Source of the DNA: Candidatus Shapirobacteria bacterium
Lineage (GTDB): Bacteria; Patescibacteriota; Microgenomatia; UBA12405; BS750m-G30
Reading direction: 5' to 3'
Length of the DNA: 64,000 nt
NCBI GenBank assembly: GCA_043817235.1
Contig: JBDRHA010000011.1
Coordinates: 260,622-324,621 of the forward strand
In this document: positions 28,017-37,421 of the stretch, in pieces
Numbering within the stretch: position 1 is the stretch's first letter
Layout: every line of letters begins with the position of its first letter
Made by a program: the position numbers and the translations under genes
Notes under the pieces: model-generated
Seen by the model: only the letters and a program-made list of their open reading frames with translations
What the model was told of the DNA's origin: nothing
Databases searched by the model: none

Positions 28017-29098
28017 ACTCCAGATTTTTTCGAGCGGTTTTTTTATTAATCGGGACAATAATTGGGGCAGGCATTTTTGCCCTTCCCTTTGCTTTTATGC
28101 TTTCCGGAAGCTTGTTTAGTATTTTAGGCTTAGTTGCCTTAGGCCTGGTTACTTTAATAATTAATCTTTTTTACGCCCAGATTATTGTAAAAACCTCAGG
28201 TGATCATCAGTTGGCTGGTTATGTAGAAAGGTATTTGGGAAGAAAATATAAATGGCTAGCCGTTTTTTCGCTGTTTTTAATTTGCTGGGGAGCCAGCTTA
28301 GCTTATGTGATTTTAGGCGGAGATTTTTTAGGCTTGGCTTTCGGCCAAGCTAGCCAGCCTCTTTTTTCTTTGCTTTTTTGGTGCTGGGGAGCGTTTTTAA
28401 TTTGGGGAGGAATAAAAACTATTAGCTTGGTAGAAAGCTGGCTTTCTTTGCTTTTAGTTGGGGCTTGTTTGCTTCTTCCTGTTTTGGGCTCACCCTTTTT
28501 TAGAAAAGAGAATTTAATCTTGCCCGCCCAGTCTTCTTTTGCTTTTTGCGGACCGGCCTTGTTTGCTCTTTCGGGATTGAGTGTGATTCCGGAAGCAGAA
28601 GAGATATTAAGAAAGAAACGCTCTCTGCTTCCTTTGGCTATTTTTTGGGGCGTTTTGATTCCGGTGGTTGTTTATCTTGTTTTTGTTCTGGGGATTTTGG
28701 GAGTAAGCGGGGGAGCAACCAGCGTTGACGCCTTATCGGGCTTGCTTTATTACTCTCCTGCCTTGGTAAAGATCGGTGCTTTGGCGGGAGTGCTGGCTAC
28801 CTTTACTTCTTTTTTATCATTAGGCAATGTTTTGCGCGAGTTGTTTTTTCAAGACTTAAAGTGGAGCGTTAAAAGCGCTCGTTTTTGGGCGGTGTTTAGC
28901 TCTTTGCCCGCTGTTTGCCTGCCTCTTTTTTATTTTTTGCCGATTATTTCCTTAACCGGTTCCCTGGCTATTGGGCTGGCTAGTTTTTTAGTATTGTTTA
29001 TTTTTCTAAAAAGATTTGCCCAAAGCCTTCCTGAAAAACTTTTGGCTTGGGCGGCAGGGTTAGTTTTGCTGGGAGGAATAGTTTCTAGCTTGGTTTAA
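28013..29098 (+). CDS. Amino-acid permease-like transporter (APC superfamily; Trp/Tyr permease-like N-terminus)
   Basis: 361 aa with about 11 TM helices. N-terminal LLIGTIIGAGIFALPFAF block typical of aromatic amino-acid/Aa_trans permeases. Confidence 0.5.
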   Translation: MNSRFFRAVFLLIGTIIGAGIFALPFAFMLSGSLFSILGLVALGLVTLIINLFYAQIIVKTSGDHQLAGYVERYLGRKYKWLAVFSLFLICWGASLAYVILGGDFLGLAFGQASQPLFSLLFWCWGAFLIWGGIKTISLVESWLSLLLVGACLLLPVLGSPFFRKENLILPAQSSFAFCGPALFALSGLSVIPEAEEILRKKRSLLPLAIFWGVLIPVVVYLVFVLGILGVSGGATSVDALSGLLYYSPALVKIGALAGVLATFTSFLSLGNVLRELFFQDLKWSVKSARFWAVFSSLPAVCLPLFYFLPIISLTGSLAIGLASFLVLFIFLKRFAQSLPEKLLAWAAGLVLLGGIVSSLV

Positions 29099-29118
29099 GC
29101 CAGGTGGTAAAATAAGCC

Positions 29119-30906
29119 ATGGACCAGATTGAAGAACTAAAGCAAAAGACAGACATTGTGGAGCTGATTAGCTCTTTTATGCCTTTAAAAAAAGCTGGCC
29201 GTAATTTCAAAGGCTTATGCCCATTTCACTCGGAAAAAACCCCTTCGTTTATGGTTTCTCCTCAGCTCCAAATTTTTAAATGCTTTGGCTGTGATGCTGC
29301 TGGGGACGCTATTGAGTTTTTGCGGAAATACGAACGAATGGATTTTTGGGAGGCAGCTGAGTTTTTGGCTAATCGAGCTGGGGTAAAATTAAAAAAAACC
29401 CTTTCGGCCGGCCCGGATGAACTTTTGCGCAAAAAACTTTATGATCTGCATCGCCAAGCTGGAGATTTTTATCACTTTTTGCTTGTCCGGCACAGCCAGG
29501 GAAAAACAGCCTTGGCTTATTTAAATAATCGAGGAATTAAATCAAAAGCAATTACTGCTTTTAAAATCGGCTTTTCTTCTTTAGATCCTTTAGCTACGGC
29601 AAAATTTTTGCTAAAGAAAAAATTTACTAAAGAAGAAATTATTACATCCGGCTTGGGGCTACCCTCTTCTTATCAGCCGGGTGAACTTTTTGACCGTTTT
29701 CGGGGAAGACTTGTTTTTCCCTTGCATGATCATCGGGGCAACCCTATTGCTTTTTCCGGAAGGTTGATTCCAGGCCTGCTGAAAAATGAGGAAAAATTGG
29801 GGAAATATATTAATTCTCCCGAAACTCCGGTCTACCATAAATCCAGAAACTTATTTGGCTTATGGCTTACCAAAGAAAATATTAAGAAGAAGAACCAAGC
29901 GCTGGTGGTGGAAGGAGAACTGGATTTAATTTCTCCCTGGCAGGCGGGAGTGAAAAATGTGGTAGCTCTTAAGGGAACGGCCTTTACTCAAGATCAGGTG
30001 CGCTTAATTAAGCGCTTTAGTGATCAGCTGATATTGGCTTTAGATGAGGATGCGGCTGGTGACCGAGCGGCTTTGCGCAGTTTCCAGCTAGCTCAAGGAG
30101 AGGGCCTAGAGGTGCGCGCCTTAGATCTTCGGGGAAAATTTAAAGATCCGGATGAGGCCGTACAAAAAAATCTGGAATTTTTTAAAAAAGCCCTAAAAAA
30201 AACCTTGCCGGTTTGGGATTATGTAATAAAAACAATGATTAAAAAACATCAGACCGGTAAAAAAAAGCTCTCCATTGAGGCAAAAAAGAAGATTTTAAAA
30301 GAGTCCTTAGTTTTTTTGACTCAGATTGAAAATGAGGTGGAAAAAGATTATTATTTGCGCAAACTGGCCAGATTACTAAAGGTTTCTCAGCTCGCTGTTT
30401 TGCAGGAGGCCCAAAAATTATCCAGCAAACAAGCTCCCTTTTTGGCTGAAAGCGGGCCGCCCGACTTGGCCAAAGAGCCGATTTCTTTGCGCCGCGAAAT
30501 AACAGAAGGCTATTTGCTAGGTTTGATTTTTGCTTTCTCCTCGCCTGCAAAATATTTAAATAAAAAAACTAATTCTTTGTTTAAGACCTGGCGCTACCAG
30601 CGGCTTTTTAATCAAGCCCGATCTTTTGCTAAAAAGGGCAAGTTTTTACCCGGAAAGTTTTTAGCGAGCTTGGATCCGGAATTAAAAAATCCTTTTGTGG
30701 AGATATTCATCAAGGTTCAAGACCAGGGATCTGAGGAAAAGGAGATAAGCTGCACGGTTAAGGTGCTTGAAGGCTTGAGTCTTAAAGAGGAGTTGGAAAA
30801 ACTAAGCAGCGAATTAGCTTTAGCGGAAAAACAGGGCCTAGAAAACAAAGTAAGAAAACTGGAAAAAAAGTTTACGGCCTTAGCCAAAAACCTTTCTTGC
30901 AGTTAG
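29119..30906 (+). CDS. dnaG: DNA primase DnaG
   Basis: Zinc-binding domain [36 protein letters not shown] motif [10 protein letters not shown]...[10 protein letters not shown]. Confidence 0.9.
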   Translation: MDQIEELKQKTDIVELISSFMPLKKAGRNFKGLCPFHSEKTPSFMVSPQLQIFKCFGCDAAGDAIEFLRKYERMDFWEAAEFLANRAGVKLKKTLSAGPDELLRKKLYDLHRQAGDFYHFLLVRHSQGKTALAYLNNRGIKSKAITAFKIGFSSLDPLATAKFLLKKKFTKEEIITSGLGLPSSYQPGELFDRFRGRLVFPLHDHRGNPIAFSGRLIPGLLKNEEKLGKYINSPETPVYHKSRNLFGLWLTKENIKKKNQALVVEGELDLISPWQAGVKNVVALKGTAFTQDQVRLIKRFSDQLILALDEDAAGDRAALRSFQLAQGEGLEVRALDLRGKFKDPDEAVQKNLEFFKKALKKTLPVWDYVIKTMIKKHQTGKKKLSIEAKKKILKESLVFLTQIENEVEKDYYLRKLARLLKVSQLAVLQEAQKLSSKQAPFLAESGPPDLAKEPISLRREITEGYLLGLIFAFSSPAKYLNKKTNSLFKTWRYQRLFNQARSFAKKGKFLPGKFLASLDPELKNPFVEIFIKVQDQGSEEKEISCTVKVLEGLSLKEELEKLSSELALAEKQGLENKVRKLEKKFTALAKNLSCS

Positions 30907-30932
30907 GAAGAGCAGATGATAAAATTAGCCCT

Positions 30933-32039
30933 ATGCTGAAAGCACAAAAATCCCCATCTTCGCCTGCAAGCTTTAATAGAGTGGTGAAAAGACTGGTTGC
31001 CTTGGGCCGGAAACAAGGCTTTTTAACTCAGGATGTGGTATTAGAAAAAGTTGCCCAGCCCCAGGACCACATAGAATCTTTAGATGATTTTTATGATACT
31101 TTGTTTCGGGCAGGGGTGGATATTTTTGAAGGAGTTTCTTTTAAAGAAATAAAAGAAGCAGAAAAAGATAGTCATCATCGGACACCCTTGCTTTCTTTGC
31201 TAAGCAATAAAGGCATCACCGATCCGGTAAGAATGTATTTGCGGGAAATAGGCAAAGTGTCTTTGCTTACTGGCCCGCAAGAAGTGGATCTTGCCCAGAG
31301 GATTGAACAAGGATCTTCAGATGCCAGAAAAGACCTAATTGAAGCGAATTTAAGGCTGGTAGTTTCTATTGCCAAAAAATATATTTCCCGAGGTCTTTCC
31401 TTTTTGGACCTTATTCAAGAAGGCAACCAAGGACTGATGAAGGCTGTAGAAAAGTTTGATTGGAGGCGCGGCTATAAATTTTCCACCTATGCCACTTGGT
31501 GGATTAGGCAGGCAATTACCCGGGCGATTGCTGACCAGGCCAGAACTATTCGGATTCCGGTGCATATGGTGGAAACAATGAACAAAGTATTTAAAACTTC
31601 CCGCGAGCTATCTCAGAAACTGGGCCGAGAACCGACCAAAAAAGAAATTGCGGAAGCGGCCGATTTGCCCAAAGGCAAAATTGACGATATTTACCGGATT
31701 TCCCAGTCTACTGCTTCTTTGGCTGCTCCAGTGGGAGATGAGGACGATTCCTTTTTGGGTGATTTTATTGAGGACGTTACTTCACCTTCTCCTTATGATG
31801 AAACCTCTAAAGAGCTTTTAAAAGAATCAATTGCCGGTGTTTTGGATTCTTTAGATGAGCGTGAGGCAAAAGTTTTAGAGCTGAGGTTTGGCTTGGCCGG
31901 CCAGCCGCCTAAAACCCTAGAAGAAGTGGGAAAAACTTTTGGCGTGACTCGTGAGCGTATTCGTCAGATCGAGGCCAAAGCTTTGCGCAAGCTTCGCCAC
32001 CCCTCCAGGCGCAAAAAACTCCAGGATTATCTTTCTTAA
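30933..32039 (+). CDS. rpoD: RNA polymerase primary sigma factor (sigma-70 family, RpoD/SigA)
   Basis: Region 2 [56 protein letters not shown]. Region 4 [29 protein letters not shown]. Start at ATG 30933. The track ORF begins at an upstream TTG. It forms the dnaG–rpoD operon. Confidence 0.9.
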   Translation: MLKAQKSPSSPASFNRVVKRLVALGRKQGFLTQDVVLEKVAQPQDHIESLDDFYDTLFRAGVDIFEGVSFKEIKEAEKDSHHRTPLLSLLSNKGITDPVRMYLREIGKVSLLTGPQEVDLAQRIEQGSSDARKDLIEANLRLVVSIAKKYISRGLSFLDLIQEGNQGLMKAVEKFDWRRGYKFSTYATWWIRQAITRAIADQARTIRIPVHMVETMNKVFKTSRELSQKLGREPTKKEIAEAADLPKGKIDDIYRISQSTASLAAPVGDEDDSFLGDFIEDVTSPSPYDETSKELLKESIAGVLDSLDEREAKVLELRFGLAGQPPKTLEEVGKTFGVTRERIRQIEAKALRKLRHPSRRKKLQDYLS

Positions 32040-32103
32040 CCGCCCACCACTCCGTCTTGTAGAATTCTACTCATTATTTTAATAATAACACAGGATGGGC
32101 TGG

Positions 32104-32859
32104 TCAAAACAAGCTGGCTAGAATAGTAAGCAAACCAAAGAAAATTACAAACTTGCCAAAGTTGATTTTTTGAGCGATTTTTAAAAGCAAGTCAATGGTT
32201 AAGTAGCCGAAAACAAAAGAAAAAAGCAAGCCTCCAAGATAGACTCCCTGGCTAAGGTAATTAAAATTTAAAAAAATATTGGCAATTAAAACTAGAGGCA
32301 GGCTCAAAAGAAAGCTAAGCCTAAGAGAGTCCACTTTAGAGTAACCCAAAAAAAGAAAAGTGGCTACGGTTAGGCCCGAGCGAGAAAGCCCGGGGAAGAC
32401 AGCTAGCCCTTGGGCGATTCCCAAAACTAAAGCAGTTTTGATTGTTAAGTCCTTTTCGGTCTTTTTTCCTTCTTTTTTGCTTTTAAGCTGCAAGTAGCCG
32501 GTAACAATCAAAAATAAACCAATGATTAGAGTAAAAACTTTGCCGGTTGGCAAAAATTGGCTTTCCAGGTTTTCAATTAGCTTTAAGATTAATAGGCCTA
32601 AAAAGCCGCTGACTAGGGTGCCAAAAGCCAGAAAGCTGCTCAGATTTCTATTTTTAGGCAGGCTGATTATTTTTTGACGAAAATAAATTAAAGCGGCCAG
32701 CCAAGTGCCGAAATGCAAAAAGAGAGCTTGTTTTACAGCCTGAGTTAGGCTCAGAGGTGAGAAAAAATGGGCTTGAGCAAGGTAGATTAATCCCTCTGAG
32801 CTAACCGGAAGCCATTCGGCCACTCCCTGAATTGTGCCCAAGACAAGTTGTTCAATCAT
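32104..32859 (-). CDS. uppP: Undecaprenyl-diphosphatase (UppP/BacA)
   Basis: GTIQGVAEWLPVSSEGLIYL and GLSRSGLTVATFLFLGY motifs. 8 TM helices. Confidence 0.85.
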   Translation of the reverse strand: MIEQLVLGTIQGVAEWLPVSSEGLIYLAQAHFFSPLSLTQAVKQALFLHFGTWLAALIYFRQKIISLPKNRNLSSFLAFGTLVSGFLGLLILKLIENLESQFLPTGKVFTLIIGLFLIVTGYLQLKSKKEGKKTEKDLTIKTALVLGIAQGLAVFPGLSRSGLTVATFLFLGYSKVDSLRLSFLLSLPLVLIANIFLNFNYLSQGVYLGGLLFSFVFGYLTIDLLLKIAQKINFGKFVIFFGLLTILASLF

Positions 32860-33419
32860 TTTCGCTGGCGGTAAAGCTTAGGATTAACTACTGTTTTCAT
32901 TTTGTCGATATCTAGATTCTGGTTTAAAAAATGATTTATCTTTTTGGCTGCCAAGGAGGGATTTTTGACAATTTGATTATAGTTTAAATAAAGAACAGTA
33001 AAATTAGGTTGTTTTTTTAGCCAAGCTTTGATTTGAGCCAAATGTTTTTGGAAGGCAGCCGCCATTTGCTTATCACTTGTTTCGCTTTTTTCGCCTCTTC
33101 GCACAAGCATTTGTTTTTGAGAGGCCAAGATCTCAGTCATTTCCCGCCCCATAAAAATTACCTGATAATGATAATCATCAGGCAATAACTCCAAAAAAAC
33201 AGAAACCATTTTTACAGCTTTCTTTTCGGCTAGCGGCAGCCAAGAGTGATCTTTTTTTAATTCTTTTACTTTTTCCAGCTCCCAATAGCCTTGGGGATTA
33301 TCTTCGTCGGCTTTTCTTATTTTATCGGTTAAAACCGGCAGTCCTCCGGCCTTAAGCATGGCCATCATGAGGGAAGTGCCGGAGCGGGGAAGACCGGAAA
33401 CAACAACAATGTTTTTCAT
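32856..33419 (-). CDS. Sulfotransferase-family protein (PAPS-dependent)
   Basis: VVVSGLPRSGTSLMMAML matches the 5'-phosphosulfate-binding loop of sulfotransferases (Sulfotransfer_3-like). 4-nt overlap with uppP. Confidence 0.55.
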   Translation of the reverse strand: MKNIVVVSGLPRSGTSLMMAMLKAGGLPVLTDKIRKADEDNPQGYWELEKVKELKKDHSWLPLAEKKAVKMVSVFLELLPDDYHYQVIFMGREMTEILASQKQMLVRRGEKSETSDKQMAAAFQKHLAQIKAWLKKQPNFTVLYLNYNQIVKNPSLAAKKINHFLNQNLDIDKMKTVVNPKLYRQRK

Positions 33420-33496
33420 ATTTTAACTATAATATCCCTAAATCTTAGTAGATTATATCATTGATTAAAAAAAGAGCTTTTGCTAAAATTAAACTA

Positions 33497-34633
33497 ATGA
33501 AAAAGATAGTTGTTTTTCTTCTTGTTCTTGGTTTGTTTTTTGGTCTTGCGGGGTCGGCTTTGGCCAAAGATGAGCCAGAAACAACTATTGTGACCTCTGA
33601 TAAGATTTTTAACAGTGACTATTTTTTGCCAGGAGAAATAGTTGTTTTTTCCGGAACGGTTGAAGGAGATTTATTTTTGGCAGGAGGCAAGGTTACTTTT
33701 GACGGCCAAACCACCGGGGATTTGTTCATAGGGGCAGGGCAGGCTATAATTCGGGGACAGATAGGGGGAAATTTGCGGGTGGCCTCGGGTCAGGTTTTGA
33801 TAAGTAGCGCAATTTCCGGCAATGCCTTGGTTTTGGCGGGAAGTGCGGAAATAGCACCAGAAACAGAGATCAAGGGAAGCTTGACTATTGCTGGCGGCAA
33901 CCTAGATAATCAAGCCAAAGTTGGTTTGGGCGGCCGACTTTATGCGGGTCAGATTTATCAGAATGGTTCTTTTGGTCAAGATTTAATTATTAAAGCTGGT
34001 CAGCTGGATTTTGGCGAGTCTGCTAAGATAAACGGAAGCTTAAACTATGAAGCGCCCAGCCAAGCAAATTTAAACGAAGGTCAAGTTGAGAGAGAGACAG
34101 AATATGTCAAAACGCCCGAAAGAAGTGAAGAAAAAACCGCCGGCTGGATTGGCAATAAGAATAAAGCCGGTTTATTTTTTAAGCTCTCTTGGAAATTGTC
34201 TTGGCTTGCAGGGGCCTTAGTCATAGGATGGTTGATTTTGAAAGTTTTCCCTCAGAGTTTTTTGGCAATTAAAAATTTAGAAAAATGGCCGCTTAAGTCT
34301 TTTGGCTTAGGAGTGCTTTTTTATCTTTCATTTTTCCCTTTAATATTCATCTTAGTTCTTACTTTAATTGGTATCTTTTTTATTCCTTTGGTTAGTCTTG
34401 CTTACGGCTTGGTGTACTTTTTGGCAAAAATTTTTGGAGCTTTGGCGGTTGGTCATTTCTTTCTTAAAAACTGGTTTGGTCAGGAGCGGCGCGGCTGGGC
34501 CTTACTATTAGGTCTTTTTATCGGAGTAGCTATCAGCTTTTTGCCTGTAGTTAGCTTTTTCTATAGCATCTTGCTTATTGGAGCCGCCTCCGGCGCTTTG
34601 GTAAAAACCTACTTATTGCCAAGGTTTAAATAA
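33497..34633 (+). CDS. Secreted beta-helical repeat protein (bactofilin/DUF4097-like repeats) with a C-terminal multi-TM anchor
   Basis: Signal peptide MKKIVVFLLVLGLFFGLAGSALA. About 8 tandem ~18-aa repeats (GEIVVFSGTVEGDLFLAGGKVTFDGQTTGDLFIGAGQAIIRGQIGGNLRVASGQVLISSAISGNALVLAGS...). 3-4 C-terminal TM helices. The track ORF starts at 33461. Confidence 0.45.
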   Translation: MKKIVVFLLVLGLFFGLAGSALAKDEPETTIVTSDKIFNSDYFLPGEIVVFSGTVEGDLFLAGGKVTFDGQTTGDLFIGAGQAIIRGQIGGNLRVASGQVLISSAISGNALVLAGSAEIAPETEIKGSLTIAGGNLDNQAKVGLGGRLYAGQIYQNGSFGQDLIIKAGQLDFGESAKINGSLNYEAPSQANLNEGQVERETEYVKTPERSEEKTAGWIGNKNKAGLFFKLSWKLSWLAGALVIGWLILKVFPQSFLAIKNLEKWPLKSFGLGVLFYLSFFPLIFILVLTLIGIFFIPLVSLAYGLVYFLAKIFGALAVGHFFLKNWFGQERRGWALLLGLFIGVAISFLPVVSFFYSILLIGAASGALVKTYLLPRFK

Positions 34634-35316
34634 TACTGCCTTTTTTTCTCGCTCATCTTTTCAATGCTGTAGCGAAGCATGGTTCGGGGCATATTCAGAG
34701 CATGTTTGTCCAGAAATGACTCTAGCGCCGTTAAATCTTTTTTCCCTACTTCCCGCAAAGCCCAGCCTGCTGCCTTGTGAATTAAGTCATGTTCATCGAC
34801 AAGCAAAATTTTACTGATTTCTAAAGTATCTTTAAGTTGATCTTCTTTAATAAAAGAAAAAGTGGCAATGATGCTGATTCTTCTTTCCCAAAGATTTTTC
34901 GACTTGGCCAATTTAAAAAGAAGAGAGCGGTTTTTATCTAAAAGATGAGCGCCAATAATTCTTGGAGCAGAAATATCAACTAAGTCCCAATTATTAATAT
35001 ACTTGGTGTGCTTTAAATAGAATTTAAATATTTTTTCTTTTTCTTTTTGATCGGCTTTAGAATATTTAGTGGTTAAAATAACTAGGGCTATAAACCGCTG
35101 GTCATGAACCGGGGAAGTAAGCAATTTTTTCATTTCTTTTAAGGGCAAATTGCGATATTTTTTGGCTAACTTTCTTTTTTGATCAGTGGGCACGCCCCAA
35201 AAAATATCACCCTCGCCGTATTCGCCTTTTTTGGTTTTAAAGTAGCGGGATTCATTCTGGGCGCGCGAAAGATCCTTCTCTTTTTTCAGTTCAAGAATTA
35301 ATTTTCGAATGGTCAC
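34609..35316 (-). CDS. DNA alkylation repair protein (AlkD/AlkC-like HEAT-repeat glycosylase family)
   Basis: KYINNWDLVDISAPRIIGAHLL, WERRISIIATFSFIKE and HKAAGWALREVGKKD blocks characteristic of the DNA_alkylation family. Confidence 0.65.
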   Translation of the reverse strand: MTIRKLILELKKEKDLSRAQNESRYFKTKKGEYGEGDIFWGVPTDQKRKLAKKYRNLPLKEMKKLLTSPVHDQRFIALVILTTKYSKADQKEKEKIFKFYLKHTKYINNWDLVDISAPRIIGAHLLDKNRSLLFKLAKSKNLWERRISIIATFSFIKEDQLKDTLEISKILLVDEHDLIHKAAGWALREVGKKDLTALESFLDKHALNMPRTMLRYSIEKMSEKKRQYYLNLGNK

Positions 35317-35777
35317 TGATTCAAAAGAAAAAGGCTAAAATTTAAAATCGTTGCAAAAGAAACCCAAAGCAAATAAGGAAAAAGCAAATATCCGGCTGTT
35401 TTGTTAATTTTAAGAAAAGAGACGAAAGCAAAAATGATAAGGAAAAGTAAAAGCATAATGTCTAGCAATCCCAATAATGGGGAGCGAAGACCAAAAAACA
35501 AAATAGACCAAAGCGTATTTAAAGCGAGCTGAATTAAAAAAAGAGCAATTGCTTTTTTTCTTTGCTTGCTTGGCTTTTCCTGCCAAATTAGATAAAAAGA
35601 ATAACCCATGAGCAAATAAAGCGTTGTCCAAACAGGAGCAAAAAGCCAACCAGGAGGAGAAAAAGGGGGCTTGTTTAAAGCGGCATACCAGCCAGGAATT
35701 GCCGGAGTAGTAAATAAAGCCCCTAGGCCACCGGCTAATTGGGGCAAAAGTAAAGCAATAACTAGTTTTTTGATCAT
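35313..35777 (-). CDS. tspO: TspO/MBR tryptophan-rich sensory protein
   Basis: LGALFTTPAIPGWYAALNKPPFSPPGWLFAPVWTTLYLLMGYSFYLIW. Five TM helices with the typical Trp-rich pattern. Confidence 0.8.
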   Translation of the reverse strand: MIKKLVIALLLPQLAGGLGALFTTPAIPGWYAALNKPPFSPPGWLFAPVWTTLYLLMGYSFYLIWQEKPSKQRKKAIALFLIQLALNTLWSILFFGLRSPLLGLLDIMLLLFLIIFAFVSFLKINKTAGYLLFPYLLWVSFATILNFSLFLLNQ

Positions 35778-36314
35778 TTAGTATTTGATTATTAGGCGAG
35801 GCGAAATCAGGTAGCATTCAATACCGTTTAAAGATTTAATTTGCACTTCGTATTGGTTATTTCCCGGCCAAACAGAAAGGCTTTGGCTGATTAAATTATG
35901 ATAGACAGTTTGATCAGTAGATATTTGGGAATAATCTACTTCTCGAAAATGGGTTTTGTCGTAAATTCGGGCAAAGCAGCGACTGTTTACCGAAAAAGTC
36001 TTTAAGTTTCCTTCCCAATAGATTTTCGCGCTTGCAGGGTAATTTTTTAGATCAAAGTAAAATTCCGAACCGGCAAGAGTTTCCCAGCCTAAAGACAGAG
36101 TGGAGCTGTTGTTTCCCAAAGGGAGGTAAGTAGTAGAATGGCAGGCGGCTGCAATTTTTTGATCAGTTGCGGAAAGAACCTGGCCGCCTTCAATGGTGTT
36201 AGGTGTTGGCTGGCCGGCAGCAACAAAATACGAAGAATATAAAAGATTAGTAATTAAAAAAAGGAAGACTGGAAAGCAAAGAAATAGTTTTCTTCTTTTG
36301 CTCATGCTTTTCAT
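35778..36314 (-). CDS. Secreted hypothetical protein
   Basis: N-terminal signal/TM (LFLCFPVFLFLITNLLYSSYFVAAG). No motif recognised. Confidence 0.4.
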   Translation of the reverse strand: MKSMSKRRKLFLCFPVFLFLITNLLYSSYFVAAGQPTPNTIEGGQVLSATDQKIAAACHSTTYLPLGNNSSTLSLGWETLAGSEFYFDLKNYPASAKIYWEGNLKTFSVNSRCFARIYDKTHFREVDYSQISTDQTVYHNLISQSLSVWPGNNQYEVQIKSLNGIECYLISPRLIIKY

Positions 36315-36344
36315 TATAGCAATTTTTGTGCTATATTTTTAATA

Positions 36345-36665
36345 ATGAGCGAAGACAACGAAGCGCCGATTGCTGAAAGCTCCGAGCCAAGTCTAGAGGA
36401 GTTGCAGGCTGAGCGAAAAGAACTTTGGGAGCGCCAAGGCAGGCCTGAAGAGTGGGATGACGAGAAGGATCGCAAAAGATTACTAGAGCTTGATAGTCTT
36501 ATTCCTAATTACGGAAAACCAATTCCAGATGCAGAAACTGCTGAAGTATTAAAGCAACAGGGCCGAAGAGATCTTGCGCCTCAAGAAAGGGAGCTTATTA
36601 GAAGCTATAACGACAAGCTTGCTGCTTGGAAAAAAGAACAAGAAAGAAATAATCGGCGCTATTAA
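36345..36665 (+). CDS. Small acidic, charged hypothetical protein
   Basis: 106 aa, E/R/K-rich, likely helical. No motif. Confidence 0.35.
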   Translation: MSEDNEAPIAESSEPSLEELQAERKELWERQGRPEEWDDEKDRKRLLELDSLIPNYGKPIPDAETAEVLKQQGRRDLAPQERELIRSYNDKLAAWKKEQERNNRRY

Positions 36666-36741
36666 CTCTTAAGTCTAGAAAAAATCAGCAAATAATCACT
36701 AGATTTATGACTATTCTATTGTTATTACTGCGCTTGCTATA

Positions 36742-37392
36742 ATGGCTTTTAAAGTGTTTAAGAAGCGGCCGGAAAAGTTCTGGAGTTTAAAGGCTAACCC
36801 GATTGTTCGGGTTTTAACCATATCAGATATTTTTCTAATTTCCAGCCTCGGCTTGCTTTCTCCTATTTTTGCTGTCTTTTTGACCGAGAACATCAAAGGA
36901 GGGAGCTTGCAGGTTGTGGGCTTAGCTTCTACCATTTTTCTTTTAACTAAGTCCTTAGCTCAAATTCCTCTTGCCCGCATTGCAGACTGCATCAGGGGAG
37001 AAAAAGATGACTTTTGGATGGCTTTTATTGGCTCTTTGCTAACAAGCCTAGTCCCTCTCTTGTATTTATTTGCTTCTACTGCCGGTCAAATTTATTTTAT
37101 TCAGTTTTTTTATGGTTTATCTCAAGCTCTAACCTTTCCTTCTTGGATGGCGATTTTTACCCGGCATATAGATCGGCATAAAGAGGGCACTCAATGGGGA
37201 GTTTATTACACCTTGATTGATTTGTTTTCCGCTCTTTCGGCCGGCGCTGGCGGATTTATTGCTTTTCGCTTAGGCTTTAGGCCTTTATTTGTGCTTATTG
37301 CCCTGCTTTCTTTTATTGGCTCATTCTGGCTGCTTTTAGTAAAAAAGCAAATTGACCAAAAAAAGAGCTTTCTTGAAAAAATAATTTCTTGA
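36742..37392 (+). CDS. MFS-like half transporter (6 TM, 216 aa)
   Basis: Six TM helices. The loop between TM2 and TM3, LARIADCIRGEKDDF, resembles MFS motif A (G-x-L-a-D-r-x-G-r-k). The protein ends after TM6. Confidence 0.45.
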   Translation: MAFKVFKKRPEKFWSLKANPIVRVLTISDIFLISSLGLLSPIFAVFLTENIKGGSLQVVGLASTIFLLTKSLAQIPLARIADCIRGEKDDFWMAFIGSLLTSLVPLLYLFASTAGQIYFIQFFYGLSQALTFPSWMAIFTRHIDRHKEGTQWGVYYTLIDLFSALSAGAGGFIAFRLGFRPLFVLIALLSFIGSFWLLLVKKQIDQKKSFLEKIIS

Positions 37393-37421
37393 TCTGGGAG
37401 GGAAAATGGTAAGATTAGCGA

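Noticed and set aside
32040-32103. GTAGAATTCTAC perfect 12-bp palindrome after rpoD, as a terminator
   Set aside because: The stem is AT-rich and short and no U-tract follows it. It does not convincingly form an intrinsic terminator.
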